NCBI GenBank assembly: GCA_951406725.2 | Contig: OX597829.1 | Location: 19,716,001-19,780,000, forward strand | Length of the DNA: 64,000 nt | Direction: 5' to 3' | Origin: Octopus vulgaris | Lineage: Eukaryota | Part shown: positions 1 through 12,228 of the stretch, in pieces | How positions within the stretch are numbered: position 1 is the first letter of the stretch | Layout of the letters: every line of letters starts with the position of its first letter | Made by a program: the position numbers and the translations under genes | The notes under the pieces: model-generated | The model's input: only the letters and a program-made list of their open reading frames with translations | Told to the model about the DNA's origin: nothing | Database searches by the model: none

Positions 1-139
1 ATATATATAAAAACATAAAAGTCTTTTCTTTCTTTCCAAGCGTTAAACACCTACTTCTTGTTCCAACACCTGTCTTTTGTTTTCTGTAAATTTGAAATAT
101 ATATATATATATGTATGTATGTATGTATATGTATGCATT

Positions 140-357
140 TATGCATGTGTGTGTCTGTTTGTCCCACCTTCATTGCTTGACAATCGATGCTAGTTTATGT
201 GCCCCGTAACTTAGCAGTTTAGCAAAAGAGACCAATAGAATAATACTAGGCTTACAGAAAAAAGAAGTCATGGGGTCGAATTCTTTGGTTATAATCCTAT
301 AAGGTGGTGCTCCAGCATGAACACGGTCAAATAACTGAAACAAGTAAAAGAATAAAA
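140..357 (+). mobile_element. tRNA-derived SINE family A, 3' half
   Basis: Matches the 3' half (cttgacaa..gtaacttagc..gagacc..ataagtact..ccagcatg..ctgaaacaagtaaaaga) of the roughly 370-bp family seen more than 15 times in this window. Confidence 0.8.
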
Positions 358-1049
358 AAATACTTTCCAAAAGATCACTCCCTAACAGAAATAGGTCATG
401 AGTGATTTCCAAGTATTTTAAAAAGTGGGTTGAAATCCATTATAGTGTTTAGCTGTTTTCTGCTCTTTCTGTTTCTTTTTTTGCTACCTGTGTAGTTAAG
501 TGGCTAGCAATAAAAAATGAAACTACTTCTGGTAACATGAATGCACAGTATTAATTTGGTTCTGTTCAAGTGATATGAGAATGACGAATGACATAGCTTC
601 AAATTCATTGGTCAATAAATGCAAGAAAGCTGACTCAACAAGTGTAGACTTGTGATGTATAATTAAATATAAAAGAAAAAAAAAGGACTGTGAAATTAGC
701 ATGACAGGGACATGCATTAGTAACTATCACATGAAGTCAAAACAATGAAACATTTAACACACACAGGCTCACATACATATACATACATGCATATACACAT
801 ACATACATGTGTGTGTGTGTGCATGTATAAATGTATGTGTTTGAGGTGGCGCTAAAAAAAGTTCCTGGCTTTGGATAAAAGAAAATACTGGATGATCAGT
901 TAATTATGATTTTATTTAACATATTCCCCTCTCATATTCACACACTTATTACAGCAGTTTTTCAAAGCCCTGTAAAAGAACTTGGAAAGTTGGGCCTCCA
1001 ACCAAGCCTTTTGAGATAGCCTTAAAGCCAGCATCACCTTGTGTGTGTA

Positions 1050-1088
<39 letters not shown>

Positions 1089-1999
1089 GAGGGTGGAGGT
1101 GCTGAAAAGTTCCTGGCTTTGGGTAAAAGAAAATACAGGAGGATCAGTTAACACATGAAGTGCGATGGGCCATGATTGTGGCCATCAGGCACAGGTCAAC
1201 AGGCCATGATAGATGCATTTAATTTATGAGCATTTGTTAGGGTCTAATGTCACTCAAATACTCCAATACCCGACTGAATGCAAGAGGACTAATGGTTCAA
1301 CTAAGCAGTGGATAGGTGGGTGGACTTTTCAGATGATGCAAAACTTGCCACCATTATATTATACTAAGAAGATAGTTTAACGATTTTTTTTTGTTTTTTA
1401 TGTGTGCATGGTTGTCTCATTTTCATAAAATGCACCCAACAGTCCATGCCATGTAAATGCAAATCCTAGTGCTTTATGGGTTAATTATCATTTTATTCAA
1501 TATATTCACCTCACAGATTCTTACACTTATTGTAAAACTTAAAACATTGGGCCTCCAACCAGGTCTTTCGCAAATACCCTTTAAGTCAGGAACTTTTCAG
1601 TACCTCTTCATATGTATGTTCCTTCTGCTGAGATACCAGAGATGGCCAGGGCTATCCACCAATGCAAGTGACAAAAAACTTTCACCCAGCAGTGCAAGCT
1701 TTGTTGAGTCAGCTGTTGTAACTCTGGACCAGATGTTTTTATTAACCTCAATATTTGTTCTTGCGAGACCACTCGTAGTCTCTATTGAGCCAGCTGTAAT
1801 GGCTTGCTTTCTCAGTGACTTCTGACAATTTTCTGGTAACATCTTTTCTCTCTTTTGCACCTAGTTCAAGACTAGCGTGTGTAAATATGTGCCAAGCAGC
1901 TTCATTCTCTGTGCTTTGGTTTTGTTACTATAGCAACAGTCCGGACATTTATTGATCAGACCGTGTAATGGCAGAATTCTGCTTTATGCATGTCATATA

Positions 2000-2432
2000 A
2001 CTCTTCGTAACTTTTTTGCTTTTTTCTTTTGGAATTTTCAGAAAATTTTTGTGAGTTTGTGTTCTACGCATATGACTATGCAAGAAAAAATATTACTTTT
2101 TCGAATTTAAAAAAAATTTTTTAAATCTTTTAAAAAATTTTTTGAATAAAAAAAAAATCACAGTTTAAAATACAGACACTCTGAATTTTTGACTTAAATT
2201 CCAGCAATAGATCAGTAAATGTGTTTATGGGGAGAAAGATATTGAAAAACATCACTGTGACTGTGACAAAAAAACAAGGAGGGTATGAGGTGGTTGTGAG
2301 ACGTGCAAAACATAACAACTAAATACCCCTTAAATCACAAAAATTTTTTTTTTTTTGATTTTTGCATTGTCATATGATTTCCCATGTGCAGAACACAAAT
2401 TCACAAAAATTTTCTGAAAAAAATAGTTATGA
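2000..2432. mobile_element. Foldback/MITE-like element with about 60-bp imperfect inverted repeats
   Basis: ttttcagaaaatttttgtgagtttgtgttct..tatgactatgcaa (about 2034-2083) is the reverse complement of ttgcattgtcata..agaacacaaattcacaaaaattttctgaaaa (about 2362-2420). Confidence 0.5.
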
Positions 2433-2533
2433 GGTCCCTTGGTTTTTTGAAGCCCTGTAAAAGAACTTGGAAAGTTTGGCCTCCAGCCAGGTCTTTCACA
2501 ATGGCCTTAAAACCAGGAACTTTTCAGCACCAC

Positions 2534-2588
<55 letters not shown>

Positions 2589-2693
2589 ATACATATATAT
2601 GTATATGTATATATATTAATAGTAATGGTAAGACAACAAAAGAATGAAAGTGACCTCAATATTATGTAAATAGAGGAATTTATGTGCAATATA

Positions 2694-2883
2694 ATATGTG
2701 ACAATTATTCGGTTGCCATAATAAAACTCTTGAGTTTTGGATGTTGGGGCGGAAACCTGCTCTGGCATCTCTTCAGTTATCGATAACTGATAACTGCCTC
2801 GATAACTGAAGAGATGCCAGAGCAGGTGCCCCAACATCCGAAACTCAGAGTTTTATTATGGCAACCGAATAATTGTCACATAT
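2694..2883. repeat. Long inverted repeat (Penelope-like terminus) containing a hammerhead fold
   Basis: Arms of about 85 bp (atatgtgacaattattcggttgcc.. / ..ggcaaccgaataattgtcacatat), with TA-rich flanks. Confidence 0.85.
2801..2857 (+). ncRNA. Type I hammerhead ribozyme-like motif
   Basis: gataa CTGAAGA gatg..catcc GAAA ctc-a-gag TT ttatt. Stem I gataa/ttatt, stem II gatg/catc, short near-palindromic stem III. Confidence 0.6.
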
Positions 2884-3339
2884 CATATTATATGTATATA
2901 TACTCACACACATAAATATATATATACATATATTGTGAGAATTTACAAAAAAACAAAAGACAAAGACGGATGTGTAAACAACAAACAGATGTATTAGTTT
3001 AACGCTTGGGAAGTGAGGGTGGAGGTGCTGAAAGTTCCTTACTTTAGGTAAGAGAAAATACAGGAGGATCAGTTAATTATGATTTTATTTAATGTATTCT
3101 CCTCGCAGATTCTTACACTTATATGGTGTGTGTAAAGTAGAACTTCACCCAAGTAGCAACTGTTAGACTTTATTTTCTATATGTGGTTCTAAAATACATC
3201 CACGCCCTAACCAAATTTACATCACATATCCCAAATGCAATCACCAGATAAACCAGAACAAGCTGAGTTCTATCAGAATGATTTATGATTAACTAGCTGA
3301 CCACATGCCATGAATAATGACGGCTAATTGTAGTATTAG

Positions 3340-3600
3340 TGGAGGCATGTAGCTTAGTGGTGAGGGTGTCAGCATCATGATCGTAAGATTGTGGTTTCGA
3401 TTCCTGGACTGGGCGACGCGTTGTGTTCTTGAGAAAAACACTTCATTTCACGTTGCTCGAGTCCACTCAGCTGGCAAAAATGAGTAACGCTGCGATGGAC
3501 TGGTGTCCCATCCAGCTGGGGAACACATATGCCATTGAAACCGGGAAACTGGGCCCATGAGCCTGGCTAGGCTTTAAAAGGGCGCACTTATTTATTTATT
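3340..3600 (+). mobile_element. tRNA-derived SINE family B
   Basis: A box (tagcttagtgg) and B box (ggtttcgattcct); (ttta)n tail; second copy at 12848-13100. Confidence 0.75.
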
Positions 3601-3988
3601 TAATTGTAGTATTATATATATAAATAAGGTACAAAATAAGGTTCATAATAATCACCCATACAAACATTCACATACTTCACTTGTACATGCACACAAATGC
3701 TCACACAGAGTTGAATCACTGATCTTTTTTTTCCCACCCCTTCCTTTCTCTCATTAGTATTACTTTGTCTCACTCCCCTTCAGTCAGGTACTTTTACTCT
3801 CATTACTTCTCCCTCACTGAATTACTATTTTCACTCCTCCTCTGCATCCAGCATGATTCTGGACAAATATCTATCTATCTATCTGTATATATATATATAT
3901 ATATAAAATAATAAATATTAGGGAATAAATCCAAATTTACAGGGAAAAATCAGATTTAGGATTGAATCCAATTTTATAGTAAAATATT

Positions 3989-4329
3989 ATATAATATTAA
4001 TTAGAGACAAAACCACTATTATGCAAATCAAACAAAGAAAGACTTAATCCAATACATAAAAAATTTTATATAAATTAAATAAAATTAAGTTATCCACTAC
4101 AATTGTTTCTTGTCACTTCTAAGGACATTCATCAGGTGGTTTTCAGACCTTCTATTCAATTTAAAATTGAATAGGTCTGAAAACCACCTGATGAATGTCC
4201 TTAGAAGTGACAAGAAACAATTGTAGTGGATAACTTAATTTTATTTAATTTATATAAAATTTTTTATGTATTGGATTAAGTCTTTCTTTGTTTGATTTGC
4301 ATAATAGTGGTTTTGTCTCTAATTAATAT

Positions 4330-4334
<5 letters not shown>
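3989..4334. repeat. Near-perfect palindrome of about 345 bp between (TA)n tracts
   Basis: Arms of about 170 bp appear identical by eye apart from a 3-nt indel near the centre (aatttaaaatt, about 4158-4168). Confidence 0.95.
4184..4229 (+). ncRNA. Minimal type I hammerhead ribozyme-like motif (mirror copy on - at 4094-4139)
   Basis: ccac CTGATGA a-tgtc..gaca-a GAAA caattg TA gtgg. Stem I ccac/gtgg, palindromic stem III acaattgt, GUA triplet. Confidence 0.7.
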
Positions 4335-4378
<44 letters not shown>

Positions 4379-4887
4379 ACATACATACACACACACACAA
4401 ATATATTAAAAAAACTATGCTCATTATTATATTAGAAGATTTACAACACAGCCCTACACAGTTTAACACTAGTCAAAGCAGTAGGACTGAGATGTGTAAC
4501 ACCATTTCAAAATAATCTAATTGCGTGAGAGATATTAGTTACACTGATGTGTTTTCTTGGTCATGTCATGTTAAACAGAACGGGTCCTACTAACAGTTTA
4601 TTTAATACTACTGAAATTACTACTACTACGACTACATAATACAAAAGTATCATGTAGCACTCTCAATTAATTAATTAATTATCTCCATATGACCTAGCTA
4701 TATTTCTGGCAAGATTGAAATATGTACATTTATTAACTCACTTCCCACTACATTTTTCATCCATATAAACTTTTAATCAGTTCAGATTTTAGAATGGTCT
4801 ATTTTGGTTTTCTTTACAAGAGTTATATAAGTAATGAATATTTTTTTTTCTCTTCATATGGATGTGATTTTACTTGATTAAAAACAT

Positions 4888-5038
4888 CTTTCAGTTTCCA
4901 TTTACCAAATCTACTCACAAGGCTTTGGTCAGTCAAGACTACAGCAGAAGACAGTTGCTCAAGGTGCATCATAGTGGGACTGAACCCAGAACCATGTGGC
5001 TGGGAAGCAAGCTTCTTATCACACAGCCATGCCTGCAC
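4888..5038 (-). mobile_element. SINE family A, 5' half
   Basis: Reverse complement of the head gcatggctgtgtg.taagaagcttgcttccca..ggttcagtcccact. Confidence 0.8.
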
Positions 5039-5263
5039 CAGTAATTACATGCTTAAATAAGTTCCACTTTGGTAAATTCTTGGACATGAAATTTCCTTTG
5101 AGGCTTGCTTTCAGTTTTATTCTCTTAGTCATTGTCCACATAAATAATAAACACCCTCCTCGGCAAAACATATTTATTGAGTCAAACCAAAGAAGGACAC
5201 CTCTTGGTGGTTGCTTCATGTTTTAAGAAAAAAACAGCCAAATAATGCTCAAATCACACCACA

Positions 5264-5482
5264 TCTTAACTATTCAACATTTTGATTCCTCTGTCAAATG
5301 TAAGGCTTATTTATTCGCATTGTTTTGAATTATCTCATAGCTCAGAGATTTCAATGATGTGATTGTTTATTTTTTGAATGACATTCTAGGATAGGTATAA
5401 AAGGTCAAATCTGGCCAGTTTTAACATAAAACAGGTAGAATATTTGAGCCAAATACAGCCAATTTAAATGCTAAAGAATTAA
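5264..5482. mobile_element. piggyBac-like MITE (degenerate)
   Basis: Bounded by ttaa; the right end aaatgctaaagaattaa and a degenerate complementary left end. Confidence 0.35.
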
Positions 5483-6440
5483 AATAAGAAAGACAAACTA
5501 TCCTTCCCATTGTATGATGTAGTACTAGATATACTATGTCTGACTAAAATGAGATTATCATGGTTGGAAGGTCATTGATGATAAGTTAGTCCATTCAAGG
5601 ACAAACTGGTACTAAACAACCTCATTTATTTACTTTCAGTCTCAGAACAATAAGTCATCTCTCCACCACTATATCCTTTAATTCTTGTCAGTTAAGTTTT
5701 TGTTTGCTAGTAAGTTTCCACTCCTGAACTTTATAACTAGGCAATGTAACACATATAGGTTATCAACTTCCATGATTCTGAACTTTGACAGGATTAGCAG
5801 TAGGAGGAACCAATTCACTTTCAAACCACCTCAAGACATTATTATTGAGTGAGAGAGCAGTGCGTGCCATCAAAGTGACACTGGGGTAAAATATACGAAG
5901 CCCTGTATACCCATCATGACTACCCGTCTGATAAGGGTACACCAAGCACATGCATCACTACCATATGTGCACAACATAGTGATCTCATATCAAGATAAAC
6001 AGCATATGACCTTGCAGGTGGGGCCCAGTTAGAATTTTCTTCAGGTCGAGTAGCCCATCTAGCTTAAATGGTCCCTGAATAAGGGTTGTTTATGGATGAT
6101 GAACAAAATACCCATGTTTCCAAAGGTGAATTGTCCAAACCTCAAAGAATTCCTTTCAACACATGGCTATGATTTTCCCCCACTACATCTGCTGATGATC
6201 AGAGATGCACATATTGTCAGCCACTAAGGGACATGCTTGACTGGTTAAGGTCAAACAACTAACAAGCAAATCTGTGGTATTGAGCAGAATATTTGCTGTA
6301 GCCCATCTTTTATACCAAGACAAGACAATGTACATGATAACACTTCCAGTCAGTTAAGATCAGAAGCCATGAGAGCCACTGCCTGGTACTGCATCAGGGC
6401 ATTTATTATTATTATTTATTACTACTACTACTACTACTAC

Positions 6441-7697
6441 TATTACCGCTGCCTTAGTGAGGATGGAGGTATTGTTTTCAGTCATGTTTGTTTTTCCATG
6501 GACATAATATTGCAAGAAGCGCTGGATGGATTCAGAGGAAAATTTCAGGGATGTTTGGCCTCATAACTAGCATGAACTGATTAGATTTTGAGGTCAATCT
6601 AGTAATGGACAAGGATTCTGGATTATTTTTCAGGCTTTTTTACTTTATTTTTGAGAGCAGTTGGGTTCATTTTTAGTATTCTCATTTATGAGAACAATTG
6701 AATTTAAAATATCCTTATTTTGAAAATCACCTCTGGCTAATCATTGAGAGGATGTTGGTGTTGCCTTGGTGGAGGTTTGCACTCTCTGAGTGCTCTTATT
6801 ATTATTATTATTATTGTGAATTTTTCTTCTTTCAGCTTTGTCACTATTTTTTGCTGTGTGCCTTCTCACTGTCTATAATGATAGGCCATTAACATAAATA
6901 CACCAAAATCAAATCAAATGTAATCATATAGAAAATATTATTATTAGTAGTAGTATTATTGTTATTATTATTATTCATCTCTATCACCCCTTCCTTTCTC
7001 ATTCATACAATGCTCTCTTTGCCACTTCATTTCTTCTTTTTCATTGTCATTACTTTCTCTCACTCCCTCTCAGTCATGGCTATTACTCTTACTACTTCTC
7101 CTTCACTGTATTAGTTTTTCATCTTCTGTTTCTTCATCTCTCACTCAATATATATATATAAATCCTTAAAAATGTTTTAGCCCAAAGGCCGATATTTGGA
7201 TTATTTTTCTGTTTGAGAGCAGTTGGGTTCATTTTTAGTATTCTCGTTTATGAGAGCAGTTGAGTTTATTTCAGATATTCTCATTCTAAAAATCATTCCC
7301 AGCTAATCATTGAGAGAATGTTGGTGTTGCCATGGTGGAGGTTTGTGCTCTCTGAGTGCTCTTATTATTATTATTACGCCTGCCTTAGCAAAGGCGGAGG
7401 TACTGTTTTCAGTCAAGTTTGTTTGCTTGCCTGTGGAGAAGATATCTCAAGAACAGCTGGATAGATTCAGATGAAACTTTCAGGGATGTTTAGCCTCATG
7501 ACTGGCACAAAGTGATTAGATTTTGGGATTGATCCAGTACCAGACAAAGATTCTAGATTATTTATTATATCTACTTTACTTTACATGATTACGATCTTAC
7601 GTTGACTTTCAAGTCTTTCTCATTTTAAAAACCATCTCTGGCTAATCCTTGAGAGGACATTGGTGTTGCCCTGGCAGAGGTTTGCACTCTCTGAGTG
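6441..7697 (+). mobile_element. Three clustered Helentron-associated (HINE/DINE-like) non-autonomous elements (6441-6797, about 7195-7362 partial, 7372-7697)
   Basis: Start ttac(c)gc(c)tgccttag..ggaggta; 3' subterminal ttgccttggtggaggt followed by hairpin gcactc-tct-gagtgc; inserted in T-rich (tta)n. Confidence 0.6.
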
Positions 7698-7910
7698 GTG
7701 AGCTGGCAGAATCATTATCATGCTGGGCAGAGTGTTTAGCAGCATTTCATCCATCTTTACATTCTGAGTTCAAATTCTGCTGAAGTTGACTTTGCCTTTC
7801 ATCCTTTCAGGGTCAATAAAACAAGTGCCAATTTAACACTAGGATCAAAGTAATCAACTTACCCCACCCTAAAAATTGCCGGCCTTGTACCAAAATTTGA
7901 AATCATTATT
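7696..7910 (+). mobile_element. tRNA-derived SINE family C
   Basis: Head tggtgagctggcagaa, B box gagttcaaattc, conserved block gactttgcctttcatcctttc; better-preserved copy at 63340-63553 (-). Confidence 0.7.
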
Positions 7911-8506
7911 ATTATTTGTAGTGTGAACACTAATAATAATATGTTCAGTTTTTTACATATGAACTCATAGCATTATGAATCAACATCTACTTTGTATCTT
8001 GTAGAACCACCATACTTCATGTTTACAAGGGAGTCCTCTAGATCACAAACCTGCTAGAAATAACAAGAAAATCTGAAAAACCTTCACATAGTGTTGTCGT
8101 AAAAAAGGAAAGGACATACTATATAATGTAGTTCTAGGTATTCAAAACTAGATGGAAAGATCATGGCCAGAATGCCTATAAATTTAAACATATTTCCTCA
8201 TAAGTAAAAATTACAAGTGAATTACATTAAATATTCACTTTGATGCTATATCTATTTCCATACATATGACACACTAAGTTGTTAAATGGTTGACTAGAAT
8301 ATGTTCAATAAATAGTAAAAAAAATTGATTATTTCAATCCATTTTTCTTTTCTTTCAAATATTCAAACCAAAATACAAAAAAAAAAATGAAAAAGAAAAA
8401 TTGATTAACAATGCTGATGACACAAATGTTCCCATTTGTACAGGTTTCAGTTTCGTTACATAAAATATATTAAAAGAAAGAGTAGAGCTGAGTCACATAA
8501 ACTCAC

Positions 8507-8531
8507 TTGGTGAGTAACATCAATATTTGTT
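8507..8531 (-). other. Candidate 25-nt micro-exon of an unidentified minus-strand transcript
   Basis: Minus strand reads ctttgtttcag|aacaaatattgatgttactcaccaa|gtgagt, a consensus acceptor and donor in unique sequence. Confidence 0.3.
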
Positions 8532-8772
8532 CTGAAACAAAGTCAATATATGTATGAGTGTGTGTGTGCATGTAGTAATAACAAGGACTTTTGGATGGAA
8601 ATTTATATTCTCTAGCAGCACCAGACTAATAACCATCCCATAAAATTACTCTGGAAGATGGGAATAATAAGAAGGAAATAATAATAGCCAGAATAAATAG
8701 CATAGGTGGCTTTTTATGAGTGCACTTAAAACATTTCACACAAACAAACTTGAAGGATATATATATATATAT

Positions 8773-9089
8773 ATGTTATCTGAAGTGTACAGTATTACAT
8801 ATCCATCACGGCTGATCTTAACAATTGGTTTGTGCTAGGGGTACAATGAAGTGTTGGGTAACAATCTGATTATATAACCCTATGCTCATCAGTCACCATA
8901 TTTCATTCTGTATCGTCTACCCCTGATGAGCGTAGGGTTATATAATCGGTTTGTTACCTAACACTCCATTGCACCCCTAGTGTGAAACCGATTGGTAAGA
9001 TCAGCTGTGATGGATATATAATACTGTACACTTCAGATAACATACCCACTCTATTGACAGATATACAAGTGCATCTTTTACCTGGATTA
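8773..9089. repeat. Inverted repeat (8773-8892 vs 8923-9043) of a Penelope-like terminus; direct copy at 9547-9726
   Basis: Arms of about 120 bp with a loop of about 30 nt; right arm contains CTGATGA (8923-8929) ... GAAAccgattggTA (8984-8997). Confidence 0.85.
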
Positions 9090-9169
9090 TGGACTTTTAG
9101 ATGACTTACATATACATGCATGCATACACACACACACACATACATACATACATATATATATATATATAA

Positions 9170-9900
9170 AAGATGATGATGGATTCTCTTCTCCTGAACG
9201 ATAAATGAGGTTTCAGTAAAATAAAGCAGTAATCATATTCTATGGGCAGAAATGTGTTGCTAGTGCATTACAAACTTTTTGCCAAATGGAACAAGTTGAA
9301 GACTCAGTTTGCTCGAGTGGTTGTGGTTCACTCTAGTGCTATGTGAGGCCTGCTTTGCTTCATGTCACAAAATCTCAATGACAGGTAAGGTTTCTATTTA
9401 AAAGAGTAGTGTTTCATCAGTATGCCTTCATGCTTGCATGAAGTTGGTCCTGATGTTGGAGTCAACTTTCCTCAAATCTTTGAAATGAGTAAGCTTTATC
9501 ACAGGCTTTGGAACATCTGTGACATATTGTTGAAGGTGAAAGTCAATGTATCGTCTACCTCTGATGAGTGTAGGATTATATAATCGGTTTGTTACCTAAC
9601 ACTCCATTGCACCCCTAGTGCGAAACCGATTGGTAAGATCAGCTGTGATGGATATATAATACTATACACTTCTGATAATATACCCACTCTATTGACAGAT
9701 ATACAAGTGCATCTTTTTCCTGGATAATGGAATTGGTGGTTTTGACATCATCTATTTATAGTGCTAGCTTTTGGACTCTGTACCAAAAGCATAACGACCA
9801 GCTTGACACTTTTCATATGTGATACTTGCCTACTATCTCCAACACCAAACTGAACAACCATATTCGTAACAGTGAAGTACTAACAGAATGCAGAATGAAA
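9170..9900 (+). mobile_element. Degenerate RTE-clade LINE RT C-terminal fragment, interrupted by a Penelope-like terminus copy
   Basis: Translates to FWTLYQKHNDQLDTFHM..IRNSEVLTEC, resembling the RTE motif WTL..LDxFHxRCLR.I..I.W..N.EVL; contains stops and frameshifts. Confidence 0.6.
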
Positions 9901-10092
9901 CCTATATGTGAAACCATCTACCTTAGTTGAATTAATACAGCCATATCTATTATATACATAATATATATATATATATATATAATACATATATATATAATAT
10001 TTATATATTGTATATATATAATACACATATATAATGTATATATATATAATATAAATATATATAATACACACACACACACACATATATGTGTG

Positions 10093-10123
<31 letters not shown>

Positions 10124-10242
10124 ATGTGTGTGCGTGTGTATTATATATATATATAATATATATTTATATATTATATATATATTATATATGTGTATTATAT
10201 ATATATATATATAATATATATTATATCCTACTTGCCTCCTTG

Positions 10243-10460
10243 TGTTTGACCCTTCTGTCCGACACTAGTCGCCATGATAGATCTTTAGCCACTACACACA
10301 TTTTTTTCTCTCCTTGTTTTTTTCTGTGTCCTTTTCTGTAGAAGAGCGTAGGCTCAAAACGTAAAATACTTTTTCTATTCCCGAGCGTTATACTAATACA
10401 TCTGTTTGTTTTGTACACCACCTGTCTTCGTCTTTTGTTTTTTTTCGTAAACTCTCCCTA
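10243..10460 (+). mobile_element. Penelope-like terminal fragment with a degenerate hammerhead (10332-10366)
   Basis: tttt CTGTAGA a gagc-gtag-gctc aAAA cg TA aaa; TA-flanked; related tails at 10-100 and 2935-3017 (-). Confidence 0.5.
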
Positions 10461-10801
10461 TATATATGTATATATATAGGGAAGTGAAAAGAAGCCTATC
10501 GTGTATGTGTGTGTGTCTTTGTGTCTGTGTTTGTCTCATTAACCACTTGACAGCCAATGTTGGTGTGTTTACATCCCTGTAACTTAGTGGTTTGGCAAAA
10601 AAAGAAAGAGACCAATAAAATAAGTTATATGATCAATTCATTCAACTAAAAATTCTTCAAGGTGGTGCCCCAGTATGGCCTCAGTTTAATGACTGAAACA
10701 TGTAAAAGATAGATGATGAAAGATGTATACATACATACATATATAAATGCACATACCACATATACATATGAAGTAATTAAATAGTGCATTATACATTTTT
10801 T

Positions 10802-11143
10802 ATTTTTTAGAATTTTTATCTAGTTTCGGCTCACAAGCTGTGGCCATGCTGGGGCACTGCCATTTGGTGTTGCTACATGATTTTACTTCACGAATGCTTT
10901 TTAGCAATTGCCATTTGGTGCATGAGAGAGTTCGATGCAGCTGCCCTGGGACACCTGACAAGAAGAGATCCAGTTTTATTTTAAAGACATCTGCATCCAC
11001 CCCATGCAGGTCTCTTAGGTTCTTCGGGAGGATATTGAAGAGATGTGGGCCTCGGAAGCGCAGGCTATCACAGTATCTTGTCCTACATCTTGATGGCAAA
11101 TTTGGAGTCCTTGGCACTATGCAGTGGCGCCCAGTTCTGGCAT
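10802..11143 (-). mobile_element. LINE 3' end (CR1/L2-like), RT C-terminus and 3' UTR
   Basis: ORF 10800-11117 contains SLRFRGPHLFNILPKNLRDL..FKIKLDLFL, a typical LINE C-terminal motif; A-rich tail. Confidence 0.65.
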
Positions 11144-11581
11144 ATGCTTATTTTTTGTTTTCTTTTTAGAACTATCTGAAATGTAAGGCAAACCTTTTGT
11201 AAACATACAATTTAGCATCACTCTGTAAAGTAAACACAGTTGTTAGGCCACAAGTTTTAACTGACAGTGCACAGAAAAAGGGAATGTTATCTTCCCTCCA
11301 ACACAAAGCCTGTAGCGTAACAGTTGTGCTTATTCTCCACAGTGATGCTAAACTGTATGTTTACTAAAGGTGTTTGTCTTACATTTCAAGTTGTCTTAAT
11401 CCCCTTTCCTCTGTTTAGTTGTATCTCACTTTCAGTCTCTCTTTCCGGTTCTGTGGTAAGAAGATTGCCTCTCAATCACATGGTTCTGGGTTCAGTCCCA
11501 CTGTGTGGTACCTCAGGCAAGTGTCTTCCACTAGAACCCTTGTGAGTGGATTTGTTAAACAGAAACTGAAAGAAGCCAATC

Positions 11582-11634
<53 letters not shown>

Positions 11635-11919
11635 AGAATTTTAATGGAGATAAAGCTTCAGTATATAGTACAACTGTTGTTTCACTTGTATATGAGCTAA
11701 AGATGAATAAAATTTGGTATAAGATAAAAATTTCAGATATTAGTCTTAAACATTCAGACAAGCAAATTCATAATTCAGATGTATGACATGAGATATTATT
11801 CCATTCAAATAACCACATATTTATATTAAGACATAGATGATAAAAGTATAGAAATATATATACGGTTTTAAAAACATAAATTATAGGCAGACTGTTACTT
11901 CTAATAAAAATGATAAGAA

Positions 11920-12228
11920 ATCTAGGAAACGGGATATAATTTGGTTCAATCCACCTTTTTCCCCTCCAAATTAGAAACCTCTGTAAATTATTTTATAAGA
12001 GTGTTGAAAAAACTTCCCCCAAGGACATAAATACCACTCAATTTTCAATTATAGCCACAAATAAGAGATATAAACTTAGTAATAATATTAGTTATAGTTT
12101 AAATAAAGATCCTATGGAGCCAGATTCTAGTGGAACAAATTGTAGTATTGATATAGCGGATAGGAGTACCACTACTAAATCCTTAAATAAAACTTGTAAC
12201 TGTCGCTCCCAGGAATCATGTCCTTTAT
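11920..12228 (+). mobile_element. Penelope-like element ORF fragment (RT C-terminus/linker)
   Basis: Translates to RKRDIIWFNPPF...GHKYHSIFN...KTCNCRSQESCPL, matching the WFNPP(F/Y)S and CNCRxxxxCPL motifs that precede the GIY-YIG domain in Penelope-like elements. Confidence 0.7.

Larger units (their letters stand above)
843..3120. mobile_element. Cluster of mariner-derived MITE copies and fragments (843-1038, 1089-1152, 1480-1608, 2450-2536, 3016-3120)
   Basis: Repeated terminal motif gaggtg(g)tgctgaaaagttcctggcttt and its reverse complement aggaacttttcagcaccacctc, next to TA; shared internal sequence between copies. Confidence 0.65.

Noticed and set aside
1457-1860. 122-aa and 87-aa ORFs as host exons
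   Set aside because: Overlap mariner-derived MITE sequence; no recognisable domain or consistent splice signals
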